From: the human T2T-CHM13v2.0 reference genome, Homo sapiens
Strand: one strand, 5' to 3'
Assembly (NCBI RefSeq): GCF_009914755.1
Contig: NC_060926.1
Length of the DNA stretch: 64,000 nucleotides
The notes below the pieces were generated by a model. The model did no database searches. It was not told where the DNA came from and saw nothing but the letters and a program-made list of their open reading frames with translations. Of this stretch, positions 42,458 through 56,755 are shown piece by piece (within the stretch, counting starts at the first letter, position 1; every line of letters starts with the position of its first letter). A program made the position numbers and the translations under genes.

Positions 42458-45400
42458 ATATAGGCTTTATAGGCTACTGTAAGAACCCTGGCTTGGTGTG
42501 AAATTTTGGAAAAGATAGTTCTTGCGCCAGAAAAGACCTGAAAATGCATTGCACATAGTAATGTCGCTCTACGTTAAATTACCTTGTTTCATTACAATAG
42601 TTTGTTTTATTCAGATAACACCCAGACCCTGAACGTAAGTAATCCCACAGCCATCTCAAAGCAGAAGCTGGATGGTTATTTATTCAGGGAAATTATGTTT
42701 GAGTCTTCCATTTTCACATGATGATGTCAGTCCTACCATCTTAGGTGATCTTCCAAGTATGAGAGGTATCTTTACTCAGCATTATAAAATAACTGGCTAT
42801 TACTGGATAATTTAACTTAAACTGGATATTGTCCAACATGTATTCAATAATTCCATTCATTCAACACACGTTTTTTGAACACTGCCATGTGTCTAGCAAT
42901 ATTGTGAATACTAGAGATGTGGTGAAGGTCGAAAGGACACAGTCCCCATTCTAGTGGAAGAAAAGGACATGTTCTATGTCAGATAACATCCTAGAGGGAC
43001 AACAAATATATAGTTTCCTGTCACATTGTGTAAGTGCTATAAAGAAGTGTAAATTGATACGAGGAGACAGAGAGTGACAGTGGGGTGTAAATAGGCTTTT
43101 ATCTCAATCAAAGTCTAGTTGGGAAGACCAATGTCTTTGAAGAATTGCACATAGGTGGAATTCAACCCTTCCTCCACACAGTCAAGCTTTTTACACCTAA
43201 ATCGAGTCCAACCATCAGAAAACTGAATCAGAAAACTGAATCTTGGACCGTATTCTCTTGTTCCTTTGGCAGAACTGCTTTCACTGAGCTGTTATTTCAC
43301 CTTACACTCTCAATTAAATATTGAAGAGCCCTATAAGAAATATCCCTGTTAAACCTAATATGACATCCACTATGAGGATATTGTTGAGAACATTATATAC
43401 CATATATCACTTCGTGCACCATTTACGAACTCTTACCCAAGAAAATTCACTCATTTAAGTGCCACAGTTTTGCTAGTCTTTAGAACTCATGTTTCATTCT
43501 CAAGAACGATGCAAATCATGCGATTACTCTTTTTTTTTTTTTTTATTTTTGATTTGGGCTGCTGTAAGCTCAGGGTCTAGTTGAAGTTTAGCTTTAACAA
43601 CTACATAGGGCTCTATGACTACCTGACTATTTCTCCTTTCTAACTTGGACAATGCCTTCTAATTTATATATTCCCTGATTCTGACTGTTTTGATATTTTT
43701 CTATTTCAATACTTTATGTAATATAGAGCCAAATATCATGAATAAATCTAACCCCCTAACACAGCACTCAGAGCACTTGACAGTCTGGCCCCAACCCACC
43801 TTTTCAATCTTATTCTCTGTCATTTTACCTCTCTCAGTAACGCCTGTGTGTTGGTGAACAAATCATTCCAGTGAGACAAGTCTTCTCAGCAGCTATATTT
43901 CTTGCTTTATGGATCAGAACTTATAATTCTATTTTACTTTCTCCCTTAAAGAACATATACAGAAAATATACTTGTCTTTTTTTGATATCCCAGTGACATC
44001 AGTATCAACATAAAATGCCCAACTGACTAGACATTGAATTTCATTGTTTATAAAGCTTGCTTCAGTGAAATTATTGCATTAACCTTCACCATGTCTGTCA
44101 GGTGATCCATCTTAAGAATTGAGAACAGACTCAAAAAAGAGGTCAGGAAAATTATGTCAGGTGTCCCAGCTGGCAAGCAGAAGGTCAAGGCTTGAACTCA
44201 CATTGTCTAATTCCAAATCCTTTGTCATTCACAGCGGCATACAGTCCCCTCATTACTGTGATGGCCTCGGGTTCAGAAGATGCGTGTGGGGAGGCCCTTC
44301 ACCCTTAAGGGCATCTGCTAGGTCAAAACTCTGGCTAATGAGTTGACAACTCTCAAATAACCCCGGCAATGGTGGCATTTTAGTTCTCACTCCAGATTTC
44401 TGTGGTTTTTCTACTTCCTCCCTTGCTGTCAGGCTGCCTTCATCAGCTCTGCATTAGTGACTATCCCTTTGGTTCGCTGATTCTAAGTTCCTGTAATCTG
44501 AGACTACTACTGAATTTATTCAAATAAGGTGTCAGGATAGAGTAAAAACTATCCTATCTGGTGGCTGAAAGTACCTCTTATAAGAGGTATACATAAAGCG
44601 CCTAATTGCTCCTGAACAGACTTAGGAACTTCAGGCAATTCTTCGCCAGAATTGGAAGTCCTTGATGTCTGAGACTCTAGTTACTCAGACATAATAGATG
44701 CTTAGGTGTTCACTGAAATAAACTGACATCATAATAGGCTGCTTAGCAGTAGTCTTGCGGGAGAGTTCTGCACAGGCACAGGATCTTCTCCTCCTTCTTC
44801 CGTGTCTATCTCTGATATCCTGGGTTTGGCTGTAAGAGCATCAGAGTCATTCTTTGAGCACATGTTTATACAAACTGGGATAACTGGAACCAGGATTAGG
44901 AGGACAGTCCCAAGCCAAGAGGCGACTAACAGGCCCCTAACTCTGAAAACGAAATGGAGATGATTCAAGCCACTCCTTGCTAAAGGACCCCCCAGGCCAA
45001 TTTTGATTTCCATCGTGAGCCAGCCTAATTCCAAACTACATCCGGGTTATTCATAGTTAAATGTCCAAACATCTGCTAGGTCAAAACTCTGGCTAATGAG
45101 TTGATAATGGTTGAAACTAGGTGACACAGGCATGGTGGTCTGCCAGTTACTCTATGTTTATATATGTTTGAGATTTTCCATAATAAAACAAACATTTTTT
45201 TTTAATTTTAAGAATCTGGCTAAGTACCAAGAAAGGAAAGCTAAAACTCGGAAACACTGGAATTCCATTTGAGCATCCCACATCTGGCTCTTCCCCATGG
45301 AATCTGCCATTGCATCTGCTGCAGGACTGCTGTGGAGAACACTGTGAGCATGTGACTGAGTCCCCACATATGAAGTCCCACTCCAGAGATTTATTTCATA

Positions 45401-47858
45401 TCCAAGTGCCAGGAAAATCTCTGCTCGCCTTAAGGAACTAACATGTTTTCTCCTTGTGGACAACATAAATCACATAATAGAGCATATTTCCCTCCAAACA
45501 ACCCTGTCAGCTTGAAGAAAAGGCTCAGCCATTCCTATGCCAAGGGAGGGTCTGGCTGCCTCTCAGCTTCCCCAGTGTACTGGGGTCATGACTAGGGCAC
45601 GCCCAGCCCCAGCCTTGGCGGAAGCAGAGGAATTCCTGCTTACAGAGCCTATGAATAAAAAGTCCGAAGACCTCTCTAAACCAGTTCCCCACATACTGGC
45701 AGCATCAAGTTGAGTTGGTTTCCTAACATCGGAAAGCTCTGGAATCATTTTGCTCCTAGTTAATGGAGGAGCTCCAGGAGCCTGTCCGTAAAGATTCCAG
45801 GAGTAAGGGCTTTCTGCAGCCACTTTTACCGACAGCTTATGTTGCCCTAAGCAGCCATCAGTGGGAGGAAGACAGTGTGTCCTGGCCGACTCATGTAACG
45901 ACATAGCATTGGTCAGGGTCTAGCGAGAACTGACCATCACCCCAAATGCACTGAGCCTGAATCTGTGCAGACAGAGGTCACAGAAACCTTGTCCTGCTAA
46001 CCCTCAGCCAAGGATCTATTAACCCAGCTCCTAGGCTGTGGGAACCAGACAGGACAGTCATTTAGGTCTGAAATTACATAGGTGACAGACACTAAAACCT
46101 AGATACAAAACAGTAACCATTGACACATTTTGATTTGATTAAGCATAGGCGAGCTATGACTAAAGGGTCAGACAACCAGTTCAGCATCCCCTTTTAGCCA
46201 TGTAGAGTTTAACCTCCTACTAAACCCAGATTTAGTATTTCAAGAAGCAAAAAGGACTATGTGGATGTAAAATTTAAGAGACTACCTGAGAATTCCATGT
46301 ATAATGTAAAAATGACTATAAATGCCTTTTCCTGAACCAGACCACACAAGAACACATGGAACCTAGCCACAGAGACAAACTGTTGCTCTTTGGGGGAACA
46401 CAGTGCTCAAAGAAAAACTATGAATTACATGTTTTAAATTCTTGTCTTTTGGCTGGGTCTTATTGTTCTATTATTCATTACACATGTAACTTAACATGTT
46501 CATATCACTTATAGCTCATAATTTTATTTCCTCATCATTCTTAGATATACTATCATTCTTTTATTCGGGTTCAGTAATTGCAAATGTTGTAGCTTATTAT
46601 AAAAAAAAAAGACAAGCGTAGAAACATGCAGATCATCTCAGCATTAAATTCAGGACTTGACATTCATGAATTCATGGAATTCATTCCTTCAGCTTAAATG
46701 ATAAATTTTAAATAATAGTAGCAATAATGAGAGTCCTGCTCTTTCCTTCCAAGGACATTGAAGTTTACTTTACTACCCAGGGGAGAAGAAAGTAAATGTC
46801 TTTTAGGAAATGCTGTAGAAGTCTTTCTTCCTAAAACTAGATATGTGGGTTGGCAGAATGGAGATGTTCAAAAGCAGCTTCCAGCCATATACTGGCAACT
46901 CATGTGTTCTCAGCACTCTTGGAGTGGTTATAATTAGGCATACAATTTACATGTAATCAGTCTTGATCTTCAATTCACTCACATCTGTGTATTTATTTGC
47001 CGCAACGTTCTAATCCATTAACAAAAGTAAAGTTTGACTTTAAGGAAAATGAATGTCACTGAAAATTCATCTTTGATTGAATTTCCCTGAAAAAAGAGCC
47101 TGTTCCCACAAGTAGACAACATACCATTCTACTTTCTTATTTTAAAATTCCATTTAGCCCTCTAGTTATTTCCTGTGTTATGCCACAAGAAAATGGAAAA
47201 AAAATACTTTAAGAAATGAAAATTGTTATGTATAAATTACTAATGAGAAGGGCTGGTTAAAGAATAGAAAACCTGCCCAGCATCTTCAAGTTACCTCGGA
47301 TGGGAGCAAAAATGATAAATCAGTGAAGCAGTGGTGACTCTTCCTAAAGATGGAAAGCCGATGGGGACGGAACAGAGGACAAAGCTATCATCTCCTGAAG
47401 GAAGCCCTGCCATGTGCCAGGTATCATGGGAGGCTTCTTTCATTTAATCCTCCCAACAGTCTTCCAAAATAAGTGTGATTTTTCCATGTTACCAATGAGG
47501 AAACAAATCAGACAATTTAAGTGGCTTGCTCAAGGTCACACAGCTAGTCAGAGGCAGAGGGGCTCAGATTGAGTCTCATTGTAAAGACCTTCTTACAATT
47601 TAAGACATTCAGAGATGCAAGGTAGGAGGGACAGGACTCAGACAACATCCTGAGAAAGGTGATGAGGGGAGCATGATGCACTGAGTGGGAATGGGAAGGG
47701 GGTGACCCCCTAAGGCCTCATCCACTCTTAGGTCTGGTAGCCCTGGGTTCCAGCCCCATGTAGGGCACAAATCCTCTCTGCTGCTGTCCTGGTCCCAGAG
47801 ATCTCATGTCACTCCAGAATGCTAACAACCCCATCGTGGGTTTCTTTCCTACTCTTTC

Positions 47859-48250
47859 TGTATTCGTTTGCTAGGGCTGCCGTAACGAAGTATCACAGAG
47901 TAGGTGGCTTAAACAACACAAGTTTCTTTCTCATCGCTCTGGAGGTTACACAGCCTGAGACGACAGTGTCGGCAGAGCTGGTTTCTCCTGAGGCCTCTCT
48001 CCTTGGTTTGCCCGTGGCCATCTCCTCCCCGTGTCTTCACACAGTCTTTACTCTGTGTTTGTCTATGTCCCAATGTCCTTTCTTATTGGATGAGGACCCA
48101 CCCATATTTCACTTTACCTCTTTAAAGTGACCTCATTTCACTTTACCTCTTTAAAGAGCCTACCTAAATACAGTCACACTCTTAGTACCGCAGGTTATGA
48201 CTTCAACATACAAATTTGGGGGGCAGGAGGACAGAATTCAAACCATACTA
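47859..48250 (-). mobile_element. MLT1B-like MaLR LTR
   Basis: tgtattcgtttgctagggctgccgtaacgaagtatcacag...gtggcttaaacaac...gtttctcctgaggcctctctccttgg. Confidence 0.85.
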
Positions 48251-48519
48251 TTTCCCTTTCCCCTTTCTGCTTCTTCCTCCAACTATTTTCAGAACAGCCT
48301 TCCTCAAATGCTGCTTTTAGTCCTTCACAGATATCTGATGCTTACTGTATTCAGCCTCTTATCCTAGACGGTGCACAATATTCCTTGAACAATTGCTGTC
48401 TGAAGAGGTTAGCATTGCATGTGCAGATGCATGAAACATAGCTCATGAGCTCCAAGAACTGACAATCTAGTTAGAGAAAATGTCTGTGTCATTCTCATCA
48501 TCATGATCATCTTCACTGT

Positions 48520-48745
48520 GAATATTTATCAGGCCTTCAATAAATGCCAGGCATTGTACTAAAGGCTTTGCAAAATGCAGTTATCCTCATAGCTACCTCT
48601 GAGGTGGCTGTTATTGTTATTCTCATTTTATATTTGAGGTAACTGAGGCACAGAGAGGGTGAGTAAATTGACCAAGGTCCGCCAGCTCGTAAATTGAAAA
48701 GCTGACATCTGAATCCAGCTAGTCTGATGGCAGGACCTGCTCTTT
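48520..48745 (-). repeat. MIR
   Basis: atgccaggcattgtactaa...aactgaggcacagagagggtgagtaaattgaccaaggtc. Confidence 0.75.
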
Positions 48746-50180
48746 ACATTAGAAGAACATGAAGCAGAGATGACAAAGTAGCATAGCCAGGGAAAACACG
48801 ACCTTGCTTGCTGAGATCTTGTTCCTGGGTCTTCTCCCTTTTTGACCATGGGCAAGTAATTTATATTATTTATTGCATTGTTTCCTGTTAGGCCTCACTT
48901 CCGTAATAGGAGAAAATAAAAGGAGATGTGCGTAACCCAAAGATGCTATTATTTATGTTATGTTTTTAAAATTTAACTGTTGAAAGCTCTAAAATGACAC
49001 AACTGATATTCAAAAACACTTATCCAGTAACAAAGGAGTCAGTGCAGACATGAATACAATTACTGTATTCATGACCCAGGATGGTTGACTGGTCCTCCTT
49101 CCCAGTTCCTGCATGAGTGAGGCAATGAAATCAAATCAAATCACAGGCTAGATTCATGAACCAGGCTGTATGCAGAGATTAGAAATTGGGCTGGGGTAAG
49201 ATCCCCAAACCCCATCCCCCAGTCTCTTTTTTTCCATTAAGATTACCCAGCCCTTCACCAATCTTGGAGATAGGGAAGAATCAAATGCTGAAACAGCTGT
49301 GGACACCAGGGAGGAGCTGCACCTGCACCTGGTCCAGGTAAAAGGGTGAAGCCCTTGATCCCTTATAGAGAGTCTCCAGTGCCCTGACTGTTTCAAACAC
49401 TCTGATCGCTCTGGGCCAGGCCGAGGTCAATCCTGAGTGGCAGCTTTTGTCCTTCTGGGGCTGAACCATTTAGTTCTCAAGACGTTTGTCACCATCTGAA
49501 ACTCAAGATCCTGAGACAGGGAGATGGATGTGACGAACTCCCTTCGGGACGTCCCCTTTAATGACAAGGCTGCCGTCTCCATGCATCACTCTGATGTGTG
49601 GCTCTTCTCTCATCTCCCTTCCTCCATCCTTGTTTCCCTCTCTCTCCTCATTCCCATGGGGCTCTTTCACATGTGTGGTTCATAATATCACAGGCTGCAG
49701 CTAAAAAATATGCGTGTGTCTCAACGCCCATCTTTAGCCGGGATGTGGGCCTTCTTCTGTGCATGTATAACTTTAACCCAGCTTCACTTTCCTAGTCAAC
49801 CTAAAATTCTTTGCCTCAGTCTTCACATCAACTTTCCTCTTAGTAGGTTATTTTATGGTTTATGTATTTTTGTGGATAGCCTCAAGTCTAATGCAAAGAG
49901 AGAGACTGTAAATAAATTTTTAAAAGTAGAACACTGCATAAAGCTGACATAAGGAATCACTGTAGTCTTCCTAATGGGAAGTGAATGCCAGCTTTACAGC
50001 CCATTGTTTTCCTATAGAAATAATAATATACACTTAAATCTAAATATTGATATAGTCTAAATTCCAAGAGTTTTATGTAATCCTTGATATCATGGAAGTT
50101 AACTAAAAAAAAAGTTCTTCAGTATTTAAGGAAAAACACTTTGCATTTTATTTCTATAGTCTCTGATCTAATCAATGCAT

Positions 50181-50466
50181 TTCTTTTTTTATTTATTATT
50201 ATTTCTGAGACAAAGTTTTGCTCTTGTTGCCTGGGCGGGAGTGCAATGGCGTGAACTCGGCTCACTGCAACCTCCACCTGCCAGGTTCAAGCAATTCTCC
50301 TGCCTCAGCCTCCTGAATAACTGGGACTACAGGCATGTGCCACCACGCCTGGCTAATTTTTTGTATTTTTAGTAGAGATGGGGGTTTCACCATGTTGGCC
50401 AGGCTGGTCTCAAACTCCTGACCTCAGATAATCCATCTGCCTCAGCCTCCCAAAGTGCTGGGATTA
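50181..50466 (-). mobile_element. AluSq/Sp-like, slightly 5'-truncated
   Basis: Antisense Alu ending at aaagtgctgggatta, lacking roughly the first 20 nt. Confidence 0.92.
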
Positions 50467-51031
50467 TTTCTTACTTTATTTGAATCTAGACCCACACAAA
50501 TTGATATAACATCAGCAAAGGTGGGAAGGTCCTATCATTCATCTTAATTAAATCTTATTAAATGCTTGTTGATTTCATTATTTTAATATTGAACAAAAGG
50601 CAGGTTAGATCTAATAAATGTGTTTCTCCAGATTAATTAGAAAAAGAATCATTTTAATAGGGGTCTCTGGAAGAAACTTAACATATCTAACTCAAGAGTG
50701 GCAAAAGAATTAGAAAAATTCACCAACAAAATAAACCTTTCTTGCTTTTGAATTTTTATTAATCTATAATATTCACATGAAGCGATTTCTTTTGTGTGAT
50801 AATTTAATCCTCCAATTCTGAGCAAGAAAGGAAATCTGCATACGACTTTGAATTTAAGAACATTAACACTGCTCGCGTGTTCCTCTCAAAAGTGCCTGGG
50901 TTAACGTATCATATTTTAACTATTATGATGCTTGTAGTTTCTTTCCTAACTCATTTACGATCCCCAGACTAGGAAATTGAATTCAGGCCCTTTATACAGA
51001 GGAAATGAAACCCACGGTTAATACCCTAGAG

Positions 51032-51364
51032 CAGCAGTCCCCAACCTTTTTGGCACCAGGGACCAGTTTCGCGGAAGACAATTTTTCCCTGGACAGGGTA
51101 GGGGGGTGGTTTTGGGATGAAACTGTTCCACCTCAGCTCATCGGGCATTAGCTAGATCCTCATAAGGAGTGCACAGTCTGGATTCTTCGCATGCGCAGTT
51201 CACAACAGGGTTTGCGCTCCTATGAGAATCTAATGCCTCCGCTGATCGGACAGGAGGCAGAGCTCAGGCAGTAGTGCTCGCTCGCCACTGACTTTCTGCT
51301 ATGCGGCCTGATTCCTAACGCCATGGGCAGGTACCAGTCTGTGGCCCAGAATGGGGGACCTCTG
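51032..51364 (+). mobile_element. MER1B (hAT-Charlie)
   Basis: cagcagtccccaacctttttggcaccagggacc...gggggacctctg; 8-bp TSD ccctagag / ctctagag. Confidence 0.92.
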
Positions 51365-54302
51365 CTCTAGAGCTTCTGTGTCCCCATCTGATGATGGGGA
51401 TGGTGAAAATGTCTGTCACAGCGCTGTAGGGTGTGGAAGTCTTTGAGCCAACACAGATCCATCTAGGTGCTGGAAGAAACATTAAGTGACGTCCTCATTC
51501 ACGTGCACACACTGCAGCAAAAGCCAATCGCCTTGCAATATGGCTGCCATCTACTACGGTCCTCGGTGTGGAAGGCAAGCTCAAATTCTTTTTTCTAAGT
51601 ATTAGTTACAGAGGCTAATTTTAAAAAAGAAAAAGATCCTATGAGTTGGCCTAAGCGCCTGTCCTCTCCGAAAGCTGCATAACTGGGCTTTTGCTGTGGA
51701 ATGAGGCTGTCGTTCACGTCATCGCGTGAGGGATTCTTCCAGAGCCTGTAAAGCTCCTCTAAACTTAGCCTGGTTTATTTGGCATAACCTCTGCCTCAGA
51801 AGAATAATTCAAATACCACCAGCTTCCCCTGTTTCTGAAATGAAACCCAGACATGAGATTCAGATATGTGCACATATCTGACGATTCTTACCTCCCCAAA
51901 CCCAGATCCCTGTTCTCACAACCCATACCTACAAGTTGCACCTGCCTTCTAGAATGATCTACTATTCTCACTTTCACTGAAACCAACCCCCAACTAAGCT
52001 GAGTTGTTCCAGTTTTAGTAATAGATAACACCTTAATGTGTTACTATTTTAGGGACATTCGCATTTAAATAGAAAGCCATGCCTTTATTATACAGGAATT
52101 AAGTTCAAAGAACAGAAATCCAGGCAGCCTGCCAGGCTGGTGTCTCAAGGAAATTTGGGGTTGAGAAACCACCCTAGATAGCTTTGAATCTTACCTCAGT
52201 GCCTTCTGTCCAACAGCATGGACAAATGGATTGTATCAATGTTTGAGTTACTTCTATTTTTTAAAAAGAATGTTTTGTTCAAAAGCAAAAACTTCATAAT
52301 AACTTTTTTTTAAGTTATTTTCTCCTACTATTACTCCTGGCTGGTAAATATGGTTTATCTATTTTTTAGAAGACCTATGTATCAGCTTTCTTTCTGGGAT
52401 GGGGAATGATTATGTATTCACGAGTATTTCTGGCTAAAATTGACATATGTCAACAATTTTGTATTTTAACCGCAAAGCTGAAATACATTTAGCTGAGTAG
52501 AGCTTCAAAGCAATGGCTAAAAAGTGAGGCAAAGGGCACATTTCTGTGGCCAGCTGCACCAACACTTGTCACAACACAGGTCTTTAAAAAAATTACATGC
52601 CAGTGAATGGAGCATGTGCTAATGACTCGAACTCAGAAATTTAAGTATCAACTTTCTTCCAACAATTATCCTGCAAGATTAGAACTCCAAGAGGGAAATT
52701 AGACATGAGTCTAGCCCCAGTGATTTCCACTAAAGCTAATTACAATCCCTTCTGTTGGCCAGAAGGGTCCCTGCTCACTCAAAAGACGATGAGTGGTGGC
52801 AGAAACTTCCTAGGATAACAGGGTCAGGATGCCAAGTGCAACAAGGACCATGAGAAGGTGACTGTTGACGGAGGCAACTGATGGCTTCTTTTGTGGTTTG
52901 CGCATCACATGTGCCACCTTTTACTGGGAAAATGCTCTACAAAGTGCTTCCACCTTTGTGATCTTATTTCAACTTCCATTAGAAATTTTTCCAGCATTTA
53001 CACAGATTTGTGCAGCCTAAGTCCTTCTACCCACCACAGCCCTGTGACATAGATATTTCTATCATCCCCAGGATCTGATAGGGATACCAAGGCTCTTGGG
53101 AAATAAGAAGGGCAATTTCAGTAAATGCTGGAGTCAGACATTGAACTCTGATCTCTACCCGCAAGTCTGCTGGCTTCCACAGGGCCATGAAGCCTCCTAC
53201 TCTATCAGATGATTTTGTACAAATATGGAAGCCCATGCTGACATCACCTGGACCGAGGACAGGAACACATAAATATTTGCTGTCCCCATGAATTCTCTCT
53301 CTAACTAGGAAACACAAATAAGGCCTTCCCGTGCTTCTTACTGCTCTAAACAAAACTGAAAAATGTGAGTGTCTTTGCAGTGCTAAAAATTATCTAAATT
53401 CCAACCCTTACTGAGATTGTGTCGCTTAATTCCCTAGAGCCTCTGTTCCCATTGGATAATTCCAGTAAAGAAAATGTCCATGTCCCGGGGCTGTGGCAGG
53501 TGGGAGATGCTTCCTACCAGGGCATAGCAGTGGGACTGACGTCTCATTAGCAGTCTGTGGATTTCAATCAAGCTAATGTCACGGAGTATATGTGATTAAA
53601 TTGCAAAATGGATTGTTCTTCTGGTAGAAAATGGATGAATAATATTATGCTAATCTAAATATGGAAGCCCATACTTCTCACAGTTTCATTTATTTTAGCA
53701 ACGTGAGAAAGCCCTTCAGGCAAAAGGCAAGTCTACCTGCTGCTTTTGATTCTAGATACCACAACATAATATCTTTTTTTTTTTAATCCCCAAATCTACC
53801 ATATGTGAAGAAATCCTAACAATAGAGGAGCGAGCTTCGGCTGAAAAATCAATGAAAATAATTCAAGCTTGATGATAAGTGAGCGGATACTGCAAGTTTC
53901 CACTGTCTGTGGTTAAGCCCCACCCTTGATCTCCTCCAACTCCAAGTGAACCACGACCCTTGCCATTCAGCCACCCATCTTACCAAAGGCTCTTTTTCCA
54001 TCCAAGACCCCTACCACACTTCCTCGGAAGATTGTTTCATCATCACTTCAGCTGGTGCTTTCATGACATATATAACTCATCCCTTTAATATTTTACTTTC
54101 AACCCAACATTAATACTTCTGGAATTAGCATTTAATTTGGCTAACGTGTATGATTTTGTTCAACTGTCCATTACTCACACCTGTAGTACTTTGCTTACCA
54201 GCACTTACATCTATAGGAAACCAAACTAAGACCAGAGAATTACAAGAAAAAAAAGGTAAAGGTAAAATGCTAACCAGAAAGCATGTAAAGACATGAAGAA
54301 GA

Positions 54303-54591
54303 GGCCAGGTGCAATGGCTCATGCCTGTAATCCCAACACTCTGAGAAGCCAAGGCAGAAGAATTCCTCGAGCCCAGAAGTTCGAGACCAGCCTGGGCAAC
54401 ATAGGGATACCCTGTCTCTACGAAAAATAAAAAATTAGCTGGGCATAAGTTGGTATACCCGTGTGGTCCCAGCTGCTCAGGAGACTGAGGCGGGAGGATT
54501 GGTTGAGTCTGAGAGGTCAGGGCTGCAGTAATCACATCACTACATGCCAGCATGGGTGACAGAGTGAGGCCTCAAGTCTTTAAAAAAAAAA
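54303..54591 (+). mobile_element. AluJ
   Basis: gagcccagaagttcgagaccagcctgggcaacatag; TSD atgaagaag. Confidence 0.92.
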
Positions 54592-55994
54592 TGAAGAAGG
54601 TTAATAGAAAAGAAAAATGAAAAACACACTAAAGGAGTTTAAAAAGCACCTATTAAACTATAATGGGGAGATAGAATGAAGAGAGAAAAAGCAAAAAAAA
54701 ATTTTAAGTTTTTCTATAGATATAGACCTAAACACACATGCATAATTATTTATGAAATATATAAATGGTATTCTATAAGCAGCTACAGGTACTTATTCTG
54801 TTCATATACTTCAATGTTCCCCCAGATTCCTGCCAAAATATTGCCACTGTGCAAAAACAAAATGCATAAATGACAGCACTGATGTCCTACATAATTAATG
54901 ACCTTTGAACTCTGGGCAACTCTGGGACATTCCACATTTGCCAGGGCCTCTTCAGATTCCCAGGAAGACTGTTATGCTAGAGTCTCCTGTGCCCTTCTCT
55001 CTCCATTTGAGCCCTAAACGATATCCCATTGCACATATCACATAACCACTTCTGTCTGAGGACTGAGCCACAGCTCAAATTTTCTGCCCAGAAATTGCAT
55101 GGAAACGAACTACAGTCACACAGAAGAGAGATGACTGTATTCACGGCAATGGCCCGAGAGGGCCTGTAGCAACCTTGCTGGGTTTGTCCATTACTAAGCA
55201 GCTGCCGAATTCCAGGGGGAGCTTTCTCATTCCCTTCTGGAGTCAGTTTCTCTATCCCTTATTGACTTGGAAATATCCTATTTAACCACAGAAATATCAT
55301 TAAACTAGAAACTCTCCTCTGCCGTGAACTTGGAAAGAACTAATGCCTGTGGCACAATTAAATGCTGATCTTAGCCTTCAAATGCTCATTATGTGAAAGA
55401 AAATTGAGTATGGAATGATTCCCCTGTTACCGATCAGTAACAGATATGTGGGTGTAGGCCAAGTTTCTTGGGATTATTCTTGCAGTACAAGGAAAAAGCA
55501 ATCTAAAGGAAGAAACCCATACGAGCATTCATGACAGCCTGACAGATGCTGGGGGTGAGGTGTGACCTGCCCTTTTCCCACAGTGGTGGTGGCTTCCTTT
55601 TGGGTCAAGGCAATATTAGGGTACCATCTTCTCTGAATTTGCCTTATTTTACATTCCCTAGAAACAATCCAAACTTCTAAAAGACTCTCAGACAAAGCAT
55701 AACCTGAGAATGAGCAGATATGTCAGCTCTGCCCTAGCCTAGGCCAGTACTCAAGGCAGCACAGGCAAACTCAATCAGCCACCTCCATCCAAAGCAAAGC
55801 AACCCAGTATTTCCAGGAGTGCTGCTCTCAATCAACTCAACGAAGTGACGTGCACCATTGTTTCTTGCCCTGTAACCCAGATCTGCTTCATGCACAAACA
55901 GCATATGGTTGGAATTCAGTTTTGTTGGGGAAACTCATTTTTTTCCAAAGACATAAAGCACCTATAATATTTTTTTCATAAAACTCTGATTAAC

Positions 55995-56755
55995 ATAGCA
56001 TCATTGATCATTAGAAAAATGCAACCAAAAGCACAAGATACCAATTCACACTCAGAGGGATGGCAAGAATAAAAAAAAATGGAAAATAACAAGTGTTTGT
56101 ATGTGGAGACATTAGAACACTCGCACATTGCTGGTGGGAATGCAAAATGCTTCAGCCACTGTGAAAAACACTTTGGTAACTCCTCAAAAAGTAAAACATA
56201 GAATTAGCACGTGAACCAGCAATTCTACTCCTTAGGTATTCACCCAAAAGAACTGAAAACAAGGACTTAAACAAATACTTGTACAGACATGTTCATAGCA
56301 GCATTAACCACAATAGCCAAAGGTAGAAACAACCCAAATGTCTATCGGTGATAAATGGACCTTGTGGTATATCCATACAATGGAACATTACTCAGCCATA
56401 TAAAGTAGGGAAGTACTCATACATGCTACAATATGGATGAGCCAGAAAACATTATGCTGAGTGAAAGAAGCAGACACAAAAGGTCCATTCAATATGATTC
56501 CATTTATATGAAATGTCCAGAGCAGTAAATCCACAGAGACAGAATGCAGATTGGTGGTTGACAGGGGTTGGGGGAAGGGACAAATGGGGAGTAACTGCTT
56601 AATGAATATGAGGCTTTATTTTGGGGGTGATGAGAATGTTTTGGAACTAGACAGAGGTGGTGGCTGCATGAAGCTGAATGTACTTAATGCCATTGAATAG
56701 TTCACCTTAAAATGGTTAATTTTATGTCATTTGAATTTCACCTCCATTTTTAAAA
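55995..56755 (+). mobile_element. L1MB 3' region
   Basis: cacattgctggtgggaatgcaaaatg...ttttgggggtgatgagaatgttttggaactagacagaggtggtgg. Confidence 0.88.

Noticed and set aside
48106-48157. 22-bp near-tandem duplication (atttcactttacctctttaaag) in the MLT1B LTR; also a 13-bp tandem near 43214-43241
   Set aside because: Ordinary slippage-scale duplications with no further signal.
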